Source: Takakia lepidozioides
Lineage: Eukaryota > Plantae > Bryophyta
Length of the DNA stretch: 64,000 bases
NCBI GenBank assembly: GCA_030704615.1
Contig: CM060733.1
Location: 48,112,001 to 48,176,000, forward strand
Direction of reading: 5' to 3'
The notes beneath the pieces were generated by a model, which saw only the letters and a list, made by a program, of their open reading frames with translations, was not told the DNA's origin and did no database searches. This document shows, piece by piece, positions 35,370-48,139 of this stretch. The translations under genes were made by a program, and so were the position numbers. Position 1 is the first letter of the stretch, and the number at the start of each line of letters is the position of its first letter.

Positions 35370-36720
35370 GGTTTTCTTATTGAAGAAGAGGTGAAAAAAA
35401 AAGGTTGGGTGAGTCATCATGAATCTTACTTAGGGATTCTTGCATGAACAAGAGGCAAGAAAAGTTTGGATGCTCATTGTCAAGCTAGCTGACGTTTCCA
35501 GTATTTCATCCATGGTGGATGGATGATGGATGGATGAAATATTTAAGGAGAGGTTAAAAATAATAAGGATGGGCAAGAACAGGCCCCAAAATTGACCCCT
35601 CATTGTGAAACAGGCAATGGTTTTTGTTAATATAGATGAGGTGAAAATTAAACAGATGGTCATCTTCAAGCTTATTTAGGCTTTGTTTGTGAAGATGTGT
35701 AACAAAATGAGCGGTTTATTGTGGAACTTGTTCAAGTTTGTGTTATTGAAGATGAGGTGAAAAAAAAACACATGGTCATTGTGATTGCTTATTTAGGGTG
35801 TCTTTGTGAAGAAGAGGTAAAAAAAAACATTGAGCTATCCTTGTGAAACTTGTTTAGGATTCTGTTATTGAAGAAGAGGTGAAAAAAAATCAGATGGTCA
35901 TCATGAATGTTTATATAGGGTTTGTTTGTGAAGAAGAGGTGAAAAAAACAGTTAAGCTCTATCATTGCCAAACTTGTTCAGGTTTCTGTTATTGAAGAAG
36001 AGGTGAAAACAGAAATCAGATGGTCATTATGAATGTTTTTAGGGTTTGTTTGTGAAGAAGAGGTGAAAAAATTGAGCTCTCATTCTCAAACTTGTTAAGG
36101 TTTCTGTTATTGAAGAAGAGGTGAAAAAAATATTAGATGGTCATCATGAATGCTTATTTACGGTTTGTTTGTGAAGAAGAGGTGAAAAAAAAAGTTGAGC
36201 TCTATCATTGTCAAACTTCTTCAGGTTTCTGTTATTGAAGAAGAGGTGAAAAAAAAACTTGAGCTCTACCATTGTCAAACTTCTTCAGGTTTCTGTTATT
36301 GAAAAAGAGGTGAAAAAAAACCAGATGGTCATCATGAATGCTTATTTAGGGTTTGTTTGTGAAGAAGAGGTGAAAAAAATTGAGCTCTATCATTGTCAAT
36401 CTTGTTCAGGTTTCTGTTGATGAAAAAGAGGTGAATAAAAAATCAGATGTCATCATGAATAAATTAGGGTTTGTTTGTGAAGAAGAGGTGAAAAAAAACT
36501 TGAGCTCTATCATTGTCAAACTTCTTCAAGTTTCTGTTATTGAAGAAGAGGTGAAAAAAAAATCATATGGTCATCATGAATGCTTATTTAGGGTTTGTTT
36601 GTATAGAGGACGTGGAAAACAAATGAGCTATCATTGTGAAACTTGTTCAGATGCCTGTTATTCAAGAAGAAGTGGAAAAAAAAACAGATGGTCATCATGA
36701 AGCTCATTTACGCAATGCTT
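35370..36720. repeat. Minisatellite of about 55-60-bp units anchored on GAAGAAGAGGTGAAAAAA, with two alternating subunit types
   Basis: Alternating 'cagatggtcatcatgaatgcttatttagggtttgtttgt' and 'ttgagctctatcattgtcaaacttgttcaggtttctgttatt' spacers. Confidence 0.9.
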
Positions 36721-36949
36721 CTGTAGAGGCCGTGAAAAAATAAAATGAGCTTTCATACTGACACTTGTCCATGTTTGGCAGGCCCTCGAACAAAAAATAA
36801 ATTTATTTTTATTTTTATTTTTTATTTTATTTTGGGCCCGAAGCAATATTGGGGGTGGGGGCAGAAGTGGTGTGCGTTGACGCACTCAATTTTAAAGGCT
36901 CGTTAACCAAACCCGATGAAAAAATAAACTACCTTTCATGACGAGACAT

Positions 36950-37590
36950 CGCCTGCTTGTCTAGATTTAAGAACTGTGTATACATGTTCTACACACAAGG
37001 CAACCCTTTCCGACATTGTGAAAAATCGTAACATATGCAACACTACTCGATATTGCCAATGTCTCGCTGCAAAAGTGTCCGTACCTCACCAGGACCTAGT
37101 GTCGCCTGGTGAATGATTTGGTCTCTTTTGGGATCACAATACATCCTGCGCAAAAAGATGTAGTAAAGATGCTTGCAGGGAACCCATTTTCCCTCTCTTT
37201 CCTAGACTTTCCTCACGCATGCACACGAAGTCGGGACAGGTACACCTCGGAAAATTTCCCACCGTCACCTAATAGGCCCTGTCGTGCAAAACAAACCCAG
37301 ATGTGGCCAAAGTATAAATCCGTTCATACCCAGGTGAAGGTACTTCCATAGTTCCTGTTACCCGAGCCTGAAGTAGTCTAGCCGATTCCACCTTCGCAAC
37401 GTGATCAGGCCCCGAAGCCACCCGATGCACTGTTTTGTCATTCCTTCTCATGGGATACGAAGTATCGTCTGGAGGAGGCACCATAGCAGCAAAGCCACCA
37501 AGAGTCGACGCCACATATCGGTACAGACAAAAGTCGGCGTCCTCCAACTTGCCAATCTCCAGTTCATCAATGATCATCCTGAAATCATGA
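36950..37590 (-). pseudogene. Spliced remnant ending in a SWIM-type zinc finger (MULE-associated)
   Basis: Exon-like blocks with GT/AG borders. The last reads CCICYDFSQCRKGLPCVEHVYTVL (C-x-C-xn-C-x-H-like). Confidence 0.45.
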
Positions 37591-37689
37591 TCATGAAGAA
37601 ATTGAGTGCGTTGACGCACTCAGTTCTCCCGGGGGGGAGAGGAGAGAGAACCAAAAATAAAAATAAAAATAAAAATTGGGTATCATACA

Positions 37690-38607
37690 ATCTGTCACGA
37701 TAAGATGTCGTCGGGAGCTGGCTAGCTACTTGAAAGCCTCGGGGATGCGGATTATCAAGACTTGGAACTGTGTCAACAGCCTATATCTGATGAAGGGGGA
37801 TTGCCCAGGGCTGAAGGTGGGTTTCAAATACTTTGTTTTTATGTCTTCTCTGTTGAAGTTCCACTGTAAACAATGTTATGAAGTCATGTTGTTCGCACTG
37901 CCTGAATTGAGTGCTTCAGCGCACTCAGTTATGGCGGTGCATGAGGAATGACTCTGAACCAGTTCCATCTAGAATGGGTCTGTACTCCCACCCAAATGTG
38001 CTATAAAACATTCCTCACTAATTATTGTCATCTTCATCGCAGACCCGTCTATTTGAGGCCGTGTGTCTCGTGAGGGTACATCCACTGTTGACTCCCACCA
38101 CAGTGGTGGAGTTCGAGCTTCATGGGGGAGGATGTTTCATAAACGAGAGGTTCGATCCTGTCGTCGACGACATGCACTACAACTATGTTGACTCCAACGT
38201 ATGTTTGCGAAAGCCAAATGGAACTCCTTGGAGAAGGGCCCGTGAAAAAAGCCCGGCTTTTATCCAAACGATCGTTGAGAGTTGTTCTCAGCCAGGGGCC
38301 CGCATCATAGATCTCACTCTTGACACAGGTTTCTCTTCTTGCCTTTGTCATCGATTTCTTTTCTTCTGCACCTTCTTTACTCAATATTCTAAAACTCTAA
38401 TCCTTCAATCTGTCTCTTGCAGGCGCTTCTTACCATGCTTGCAAGGCAGGTGGCAGACACTTGCTTGGTATGGAAGGAGATGCAGATATTTTCACTGGCC
38501 TCCTTGCCGAGTTGCAAGGGGGCGCGTCTACCTCCAATGTCAAGGATGTCACTGCGCAAATTGATATCCTCGACGGAGACGACAAGGACCTGGACAATGA
38601 CTTTCAT
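37690..38607 (+). pseudogene. Spliced fragment of a beta-class N4-cytosine/N6-adenine DNA methyltransferase
   Basis: Removing intron 38329-38422 (GT...CAG) gives REKSPAFIQTIVESCSQPGARIIDLTLDTG|ASYHACKAGGRHLLGMEGD. This follows the N6_N4_Mtase C-terminus pattern (xKPxxLxxxLIxxxSxPGDxVLDPFxGSGTTxxAAxxLGRxxIGxExD). No DPPY/SPPY motif is seen. Confidence 0.65.
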
Positions 38608-39629
38608 GTGAGTAAGTTCATTTTCTGTCTATTTGATCCCTGTATATATGCTCTGTCGCGTCCCCTTCTGTTGTCTGATTGCAAGAATGTGAACGCACTC
38701 CCGTGGCCCCTGTCTTCCATATACTTGAGGGACTTGTGCTGGAGCCCACCTCCTAATTATGTCCTTCCCGATTACGCGGAAGGCATTGCTCGTGTGCAAG
38801 CAGCTGTGCTTTCTCCCCTACCCTTGCGTTGGAGTTCCAGGAAGACGCTTAGGCACCTCCGCGCAAAGGTCTTCATAGATAATAGTGCAGCAGTTTCAGG
38901 TTGTAGCAATACTTCTAGCAGTTCATCAGATTTAGGTGGTAGCAGTAGCAGTGTTGACACCACCTATGGATGTACTTGAGGGCATTCATTTATGGAACAT
39001 GAGGGGACACACTCTCCGTTTTCCGTTACACCACCATTTCTCTTCCCACCATCCGTTGTAATGAGCACGGACTACAATGAAATTCACATCCCTGAATTGA
39101 AACATTCTCTCCCCCGCGTCCTGCGAATTTGAAAGTGTTTTCCTTCTAAACATTGCTCTCCAATTCAACCGTGTGCATTCAATAAAAGTTTTTCAACAGA
39201 GATGAATATATGCATAGTCCAGTAGACAGTCATTCGACATATACCATCACACCAATATTTGGTTGGATGGATGGAGGATGAATGTTTTTGGATGGATAAA
39301 CCCCGATTGGATGTACACTGTGGATGAATGTTGCATGCATGGATGGTCCCATAGATGTTGTCAGTGCGCAGTATCATGCACAGGGGCGGGATGGCGAGGT
39401 TCACTGTCGGGGTTGAGGTGGGTCCCTAAGGCTGACAAGGGTTAGGGTTTTTGTTTGGGGTTGCAGGGTTAATATGGATGAAGAGTGTTTCTGCGGTAAT
39501 GGATCCTCTTCCATGGAAATAGAAGCCGCATCTTTCCCAAATTCATGCCACGTGTCATGGGCTCACGCCAGGCTCCTGGGCTCACAGGCTCTTGGGCTCA
39601 CGTGGCTAGGCTCACACTCTAGCATCCCC

Positions 39630-41231
39630 CGCAGCCACATGCCACAACAACAAACCACATTGGAAAGTGCAAATGCCACAGAACATCTAGAAAAAGACAT
39701 ATATATAAAGCATATTGTACGTCAGGTTCAGCTGTACTGCTCACCGTAGCCGACTTCTTTTCAGCACTGTCAATCTTCATTTTGGCCAATAGGGGTATGT
39801 ATTCAGCCAAAATCCTCTTCAGCGGCTCAATGATCGAAATCCATCGTGTTTTCATGTTCTTCAGCATTTTCAGACCATTTGTTTCCATTATGTCTGCAAG
39901 TTTAGTGAACTCCATGTATCTCTCGGGGCTGTGGGCAAAGTAAGTATGGTTGGTATGAAGCAAAGCTTCAATACTGCTTATAACAATTCCCAATTGAGAT
40001 AGTGTCTTGAGGGCCAAATTGCACCTATGAGCCATGCAATGGCCTCCTATACATAATGTAACATGCTTTGAAGTAATCTGTTTCGTAAATCCATTCCTCA
40101 CATCTTGAAATGTGCTCACCCCATCAGCCCCAAACCACAACAATTTCTAAGCTATACCACTATCTGAAAGTTCTTCACATTTCCTCAAAGCATCCATGAT
40201 AACAACTCATATCAAATTATCAACCCTTGACCCATCCACAATTTTCTGAAGGGATCAGATCATCATGGGGACTCTTACCCAATTTTGTATAATGTAAGCA
40301 TGTATACTAATCCAAGATCCATTATGCACAGATATTACATCATCATAGGTCAGTGCTATATATTTGGCAGCCTTCACACATGACAGCATAGCATCCTTCA
40401 CTTCATAATTGTATATGAACTCATCTGTAATCCACCCTGATGTGTCACTCCAATGCACCTTTGGGTTGTTGTGGACCTCAAGAAACACAAACAAACTCTG
40501 CATTCTCTCATACTCAGTCATTGGACGTCCACCATAAAGCACATGGAGTATAATGGCAAACTAAACCCTCTTTCTATCCTTCTCAGCTCTGTTTATCACA
40601 CTACCTGCTCTAACCAGTGGTCCCACGAGCAGGAAAATATACAAAGCAACATTCATTTTATGTTTGCCATCAGTAGTAATGTACCACCCCCATTTCCTTA
40701 CCTTATACTTGGGTATATCATTCTATGCCCTCATCTTCCCCTCATGCTTGAGTAGGGTGTCCCACGTGCAGGGGGCCATGACTTTGGGAGACTTTTGATA
40801 GTGGAGCACACCTTGCACCTCACAAGATGAAGATTGTCATCTGCTGCAAGCCTTCCCTCAGCCCATTGCAACTTTAATGCCCACTCCAACTGAAACTTTT
40901 TGATCAAGTCATAGGTAGCTTTGAACTTCTTCAAAGGTACACAGTCCTGCAAATCATCATCTTCCTCACTATCATGTGTATCAGAAGATACGACCACCAC
41001 AGTTTCATGTGAACTTTGAGAAGAATTTGACACTAATACCCCTAGTGGTGGGGGTGAGGGAACTAACAAATGAGAGTGGGTAGCATTGTGAGGATTAGCC
41101 CTAACCTGTCTATTCAGGGGTAGGGAGGACGGTTCTAAAGTACCCTCAACATCAGTCTTCATAAAGTAGAGACATGGAATCACAAACAAACCGCAGGGGC
41201 CAGCATTGCCCATATTCCTGGAGCTCACCAA
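39630..41231 (-). mobile_element. hAT transposase (ZNF862-like), N-terminal and catalytic part (degenerate)
   Basis: BED-like W...W...RCKVCS, IALTYDDV, FGADGVSTFQ, HCMAHRCNLA, YFAHSPER and MKTRWIS. Confidence 0.8.
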
Positions 41232-44200
41232 TTGTATTTGTCAAGGAAAAAATGTGTGGACATATGTTTAGCTATAGTTTGCGACATTGCCCTAAGACTC
41301 ATGAAGAACAGGTTCCCCACAGAAAACCAAATTCACTACACTACAACAAGCATGAGTATATGACAACCTTAAATGCAGCATCCAAGCAAGTATAACACGG
41401 TGAACAGAAAGCACGCAACACAATGGGCAGTGTCAGTACTTACTACTGAGTAGAAGCCACCCTATGCAATGCTTTATCTAGAATCCAACATCCACACTGT
41501 CTCCCTCTGAGTCCCTAGTCATTTCCTTATAAGCATGCATCATGCAGCTATGGCCACTGCTAGTCTATCGACCTGCAGAATCTGCTTTACAAAATCCAAA
41601 ACTCAAGCACCAAACCACATAAAGAAAATGGGACACGTGGAGGGTAAAGGCTGTACCTTGCCTACCGGGTGGGTGCAGCATTAGGTGGCTCAGTTTGGAC
41701 GTCACACTACTGTTTTTCAATGAGTGTTTTTCATATTATCTGTAACATTGTGCAAATAAGTTTATCCTCATCCCAAATGAGATTGAATGTTACTAGCCAT
41801 ATACCATATCTGCATGTTGATATGATTATTTTGCAAGTTAGATGATTTTTCATGGAACATTGGATTTTTCAGGACTTACACTTTGTGCTATCACATTCCC
41901 AGTTTATATACAATTTGGACTCTCAAACACTAACTTGCACTTAGTCATTTTAAATCTGAACTCCAAATATAGATTGTCGTGAGGAATAAGAGATATGGAT
42001 GAATTTGTAGATAATTTCTTTCATTTAATAGTGTGTTACGGATTTTTATGTATCTCCCAACGTACCCAAAATTTCAAAAATCCATGGTGTTTAATTTATT
42101 TATTTATTTGGGTAACACTCTTCAATGACAATATAAAGATTGTCGTTATCTATAGGTTTGTATAACTAGATGGACAAATATCATTTATAATTGGGGACCT
42201 ACAAATTAGCTATATTTTAAATTTATGGAATAATATCTCAAAGAAACATAGATTAATTTTTTCCCATGGACTTTCGTGGAGGTTACATTTTCCATTTTTG
42301 AGCCACCTGATCTTGCACTCACCCTGCCGTATCCCTTCACGTCTCCTTCATCGCACCGCCACTCCTCCTCCGCAATAGCAACACAACATCAGCCTGCCGC
42401 CCCACATTGAAGCTCCCTTGAAGGTCCGCTCCAAAGAAAACTAATAGCACCCTGAAAGCTGGGCGACATGCCACAGCACGCAGCGACCAAATGAGGCAAC
42501 ACTAGCACTTCAGGGGACGGGGCGCTCTGACAAGGAGCTACCCCTCCACCCCTGCTACTTGGTGGCGATCGGATGACCGTGACAGTTACGTCATGTGGCG
42601 AGATCAACCAGTGTCTTCTCTTTTTATGGGTTGCCGTCATATCACGATCATATGGGATTTGTTTGTATGTAAGGGAGTTTTGTTGCTTTGTGGTAGTTAT
42701 GAGATGAAAATTTTAAATGTAGGACGTAAGCCTCAAATGGATGTTTTGCAAGAAGTTCTCTCCACTAATATAGACATCAATTGTACAAGCGACTACCATG
42801 TCCTCTTAAGAACTGCAATCTAGTGGGTTATCATGTTAGTTATTTGCCATGGGACAAAAAATTCTCAAAGATCTCAACGGTAGATTAAGTGAAAATTGTA
42901 GATCACTTAGTCATAGGAATAATAACAGTAGACTAAACGATTGAGGCATCATGCATGAGAAGTACCCCTAAGTTTAACAATTTAGGCAAGCGCTTTTCGC
43001 TAGATGGCCATAGCCAAGAACCATAAACATATTCTATAGGACCAAGTTAGGGTTATAAATCAAAATCTTACCACAGGGAAGTTAGATCATGTAACTTTTA
43101 TCTTGACACTTGTTTTAACAATGGGGAGGAGTTGCAAAGAATTGTAACAACCGGTATGGTGGCGGTTAATGGTCTGATGGGTACTTGTTGGGATCTATGT
43201 ATTGATCTATCTTTATCATAGGGACCGGGGGATTCGGAGTGGAAGATGTGCACAAGAGATGATGTGGAACCTTGTCACTTTGGATTTATAAAAAAAATGA
43301 GGTTTATGTTGGAAACAATATGTCTTGCATGTGTAATATGGATGCTTATGAATTGGAATGCATAGGAAACATTAGCAGAAGCCAATAACTCAATCTCAAC
43401 ATTACTATGTTGAGATATAGACACCAAAACTTATAACATGAACAACATTATACATAGACTTCATAGAGATGAGGAGGTTACAAGAGTATGCACTAAGTAA
43501 GTTTAAACAATTCCACGAAGTCTGTCAAGACACTTACACTAGAAATGACAATGTCTACTATGATAAGAATCACCGTGTATAGCCGAAAGGATACCCCTAA
43601 AACCTCCAAGATGTCATGTGATCCAAGGGTTGCTTATGATCAAAATGATTATTGTGAATCATGATTCTATCTTAATTAAGTCATGTCTATCAAGCGTGTT
43701 CCAAGTGTGTGACTACTTAGTTGAGTATTATAGGGCCTCCAGCCTAAAGATATTGGCCTAGTTTGGCTAAGGTTGGTTGTGAAAAATCCGTTCAACTAAC
43801 TGACCTCTAATGGATTGGAGATTAAGTCAAAGCAATATTTAACCAAGTTGTTGATGTTTACTTGTTGTGATCAACGAGAAATGGCGATGTGGTTGTGATG
43901 CAAATGGTCTGTTATGGTTGTGTTTCTTTTCAAAATTGAAGGCAAAGACTGACATTAAGTTTTCCATGAATAAGACATGTTTCAAATCCAAATCAAAGAA
44001 GAATACACAAACCCCCTGCCTGCTCAACATGGATTTCTTATCTTTTGGTGGACATCAGGTTTCATGGGTACTCCATGTTGACAAACTCTTTTTTTACTTG
44101 CTTCACTATTGTAATTTTTGTAGGTTTGACAATTGTAATTGTTTGTCTTTGACCCAACAAGATCCAAGGGCCCAAAGAAACTCATATTATGAACAATTGT

Positions 44201-47200
44201 TTTCTTCTTTGAAGCTTGACTAACTTGATCAACCATGGTCCATTTATACTTATAAAATAAATTTGATGGAGAACTTGCTATGGCTACACAATAAATTCAA
44301 TTCAATTCAATTATTACATAGTAATTTTTACTGAGAATATGTTTGATTGTAGGTTCATACTTCATACCAGTTTCAACCACCTTTTTAATGCTTCTATGTT
44401 TATGGCAACCTCAGAACAAGATAGAGACCTACGACCTACTGCTGAGTGGTCAATCAATGAAAGGTATTTTGATTTGTTTTTAAAAATATGTAATGTATTG
44501 ATTTAATCATCCAATGGATTGTAATGGAAATAAAAAAATATACAACATTCTTATTCTTAAAAGTAGATGACATTGTAGGTCATATCTCACTTAAATGTTT
44601 TATCTCCGTGCTTTTTTTTAAAGTTAAAAATCTCACAATGTTTCTAAGTCCTTGCTACGTTGTTAATTTTACTTATAAATTATGTTATTTTTAAGAAAAA
44701 AAATAGAAATACAATCTCAATCTCAATCAATTAATTCTCAAATTTGAGTAGCTTATAAACCCCACACAACATATGACATACCTCATCCACATGTGTGTGT
44801 GTGTTCAAAGAGATCATTTCCAATCTTCATGTCATGTCAGATTATAATTTACATAAAACTAGAGCCAAGAAGAAATGATTTTGAAATGAAGAACTATATG
44901 AGCTCTTTCTTTCACTCAATATTTTTGTCTTTTTCATGTGTATGTTACCTTTGATTTGACATTGATTGTTTTCAAAGTTGTTGTAATAAATCCAATTCAA
45001 AATAATTTGTCATGAAGTAAAATTTACGGTATTTAAAAGAAAAAAATCAATGTCATATAATCAATAGTGTTTTTGTGTCTAATGACGTACTTTTTATCTC
45101 TTAGATGCGTGTACCAACCACCAACCTGAAAGGCACTAAATTTGCTTTATTGGAGAAAGAGGATGGAGAACCTCAAATTTCATTGATAAACATGATCTTG
45201 GAGAAAGCCATATGACGACATGTCAAAGCCAAGGAAATGAGCTTATCATCATACAAGCTCAAAAAACATCCATTGGGCTGGTCTCATGTTTTCCCTAAGA
45301 ATCATGGACCCTTATTCATGCAAAATACCAATCATTTATATCAATATTAGCTACTAATTATGTCTGACTCGATAGGGCCCCATATATAGAATCTCCACTT
45401 TTTGAATGCAACCAAGAAATTATGTATGTCCAACAAATATGGCTAAGGTCATTTGGTGTTGTCCTGAAACATGTAACTTAGCCAACTCAAATATACTAGA
45501 TTCTCCATAAGAAGAATCCAAAAGTTATGCACTATTAGAGGAGTATGTAGAGGGCATAAATAATCCCAGGAAGAAAAATCAAACATGTTAAGATAAGGTC
45601 GATCCAAAAATCATTCTGCAACATGTAATGAACATGAAATTCACAGTTTCAGTTCTGTTGCATAGTAAAATTCGGGAGATACAATATCTAGTGTGTATGT
45701 AATATTGGAAACATAATATAATTTTGGTAATTGTGTCAACTCATTGGACATACAAAAGAGATATCCACAAGTTATAACTATCTTAACTTAACTGATTAAT
45801 ATTCCAAACATTTTCACTACGTCACATTCAAATTTGAAGATCTTAGCAGCGTTGCAAATAGCAATAGATATTTAAAAATATATAGACAATTGATAGTGTA
45901 ATGTATTTTTCAGTTTATGTTTGATTATGCGTATTTTAATTATTTAAAAAAAAATTCCACCATAACATAAAGATAAAGGCTAAAGCTTCCAACTTTGATG
46001 AAGTCAATATAGCAAATTTATTTATCTCATGAATTAGTAGAAAACTTAGAACACTATGGATATATCACAAGACTTAAATAATGGGCTACAATCAACAAAA
46101 TGTTGGACGATCATATCCACAATGCATTTTCAAATCATAATATATTACTTCATAACATAATTATCGATTTGTACTACCGTACATGACGTGTTTCCCTATT
46201 AATCAAAAAATCAAAAGTAGAAGATAAAAAGGGAGTATGTGATCACCGATATGCCTTGTGCCATATAGACTGCCAATGGCGGGAGGAAGATTGCTATTAT
46301 AACTTGTACAAATTTATCACCCCCTCTCGATCCTTTGGCCATCTTATTACTTTTTTTTCGTCAACTAGCTCAAACAATGTTGCTTCCTTTGATGAACAAA
46401 TTCAAAGAAACAATAAACGTTATTGTGTACTCTCCAGCCTCCTAATAGTTGTCTCACTAGTGAGATGCAAAAAGATGCAAAAAATGACTCACTGCATATG
46501 AAGAGTGAGATTTAGAAAGATGCAAGATGTCATGACACTTTAGATAAGGATACATAAGAAAAGACATAAAATATTTATCTTGGACCTGGTGGAGGATAAA
46601 TATGCAATTGTGATTAGTACCCGATTAGTAATTGCAATATATTAGCTTCCACAATTTTTTGATGCAATGAGGTCATAAATCATTTTTTAGGATGTTTTAT
46701 ATGACAATTATCATATATTATCGGTTATATACATAGACAAGAAATTAGAATTTATTTTTAAAATAAAAGAAAAATTGAATTCCTGATCATTGTTAGTCAT
46801 CTGCAACTTTATTAATAAAACAACAATGGTTTTAGATATAGGGATTGAATTTCATACACAATTTAGATTGGATGATGCCACAACAAACATTTTTAATGCG
46901 GCCACGTCAATTTCATTTAGCATAGGAGGCTAACATATCCAGACATTGTATAGTAAATTCCTTATTGAAATATATTCTATTTAAAGCAAATATGATTCTT
47001 ACTTAAATTTAACCTCTAAATGCCCACTCGACCACATTGTGGCCAACTTTAATATAGATGGGGCGCCTGAACCAATTTTATTAGGATTTCAGTCTGGTAC
47101 ATCTTATTTTCCATTATTTATTAATTAACTTTTTTTGGGGAAACTTCCAGATTTCCTTTCCTGATTATTTAATATAGCCATTCCTAAATGGCCAAAATGA

Positions 47201-47829
47201 AGGGCCCCGCCCGCCTATCCCTAACCCCACATAGAGCTCTCAAAGGGTCCACAAGGCAGCTATGGAATATGAAGGCCAGCGAGTCCCAGAATGTCCATAC
47301 GTAACCACTGATTTAGGCCTTTAGACCTTAAATAGACCTTTTGTTGCTTCTGGTTTAGAGAAGAATCCTAGGCAAGGGAGATCAGCAAAACCTATCAGGT
47401 TTCAGCTCATTTAGAAACGAACACATGAAATTCCTCACATCATACCCCACCTCCATTGCAAATTTGTAGATTCCATGGATTTAGCCTGTAGCAAAATTGC
47501 AAATTTGCAAGTGAATTCTTGGGCTGGACTCACATTTGGTGCCCTCTCCCCTCCCCCCCAAAATGGCAATGACAAAAGAGCTGAAGGGGGGGAGAAAGGG
47601 AAAAAAAGAAGAGAAAAAAAGGCAAAAAGAAAAAGAAAGAACTAAATTAAACCCTAATCTCGTGTGTGGAAAGGTGGGTCAATAGTAGGAATCATGTCCG
47701 TTTGAACCGACTAGCTGTGCAAAAGCACTCATCCTACGACTGCAAGTCGCAATGGACAATTTTCTGCCACGGTGGCATTGAAGGAAGTCACGTGCACCGC
47801 TCGGGGTTGGGCGCTGATTTTGTGGCCGT

Positions 47830-47862
<33 letters not shown>
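47830..47862. repeat. (AAT)n microsatellite
   Basis: About 10 TAA copies. Confidence 0.9.
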
Positions 47863-47865
<3 letters not shown>

Positions 47866-48139
47866 TCTGAAAATGATGAGTTGTTTAAAGTACTTGAGTT
47901 GCAACTAAAAATATGCAATTTTAAGTTTAATAAATTGTTGTTGTATATTTCATGATGTGGCAAAAATGGACGTTGTTTAAGTGAACCCGTCCCAATACCT
48001 CCGCTGCTTGGAAAACCTGCAAATTGGCTCAATAGAAAAGTTGGAGAGGAGATGGAGCACACTCGCGATGGAACAAAAGAGAAGAAGAAGAAGAATACGA
48101 GTAGAATAAGTGAAGGTTGCAAGAGGGACATGTGGTACT

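Larger units (their letters stand above)
35285..39629. mobile_element. MULE-like element related to 7307-8915, left end truncated, carrying SWIM and N4/N6-MTase fragments
   Basis: Right end GCTCAC repeats + CTAGCATCCCC mirrors CTAGCAATCCCC at 8904-8915. It shares cctattgtcgtgg near the left end, TGCGTTGACGCA palindromes and ggatg repeats. It sits between the two halves of a hAT transposase. Confidence 0.65.

Noticed and set aside
35370-36720. CRISPR-like repeat-spacer array
   Set aside because: The spacers are themselves two repeating types, the context is eukaryotic, and there are no cas genes.
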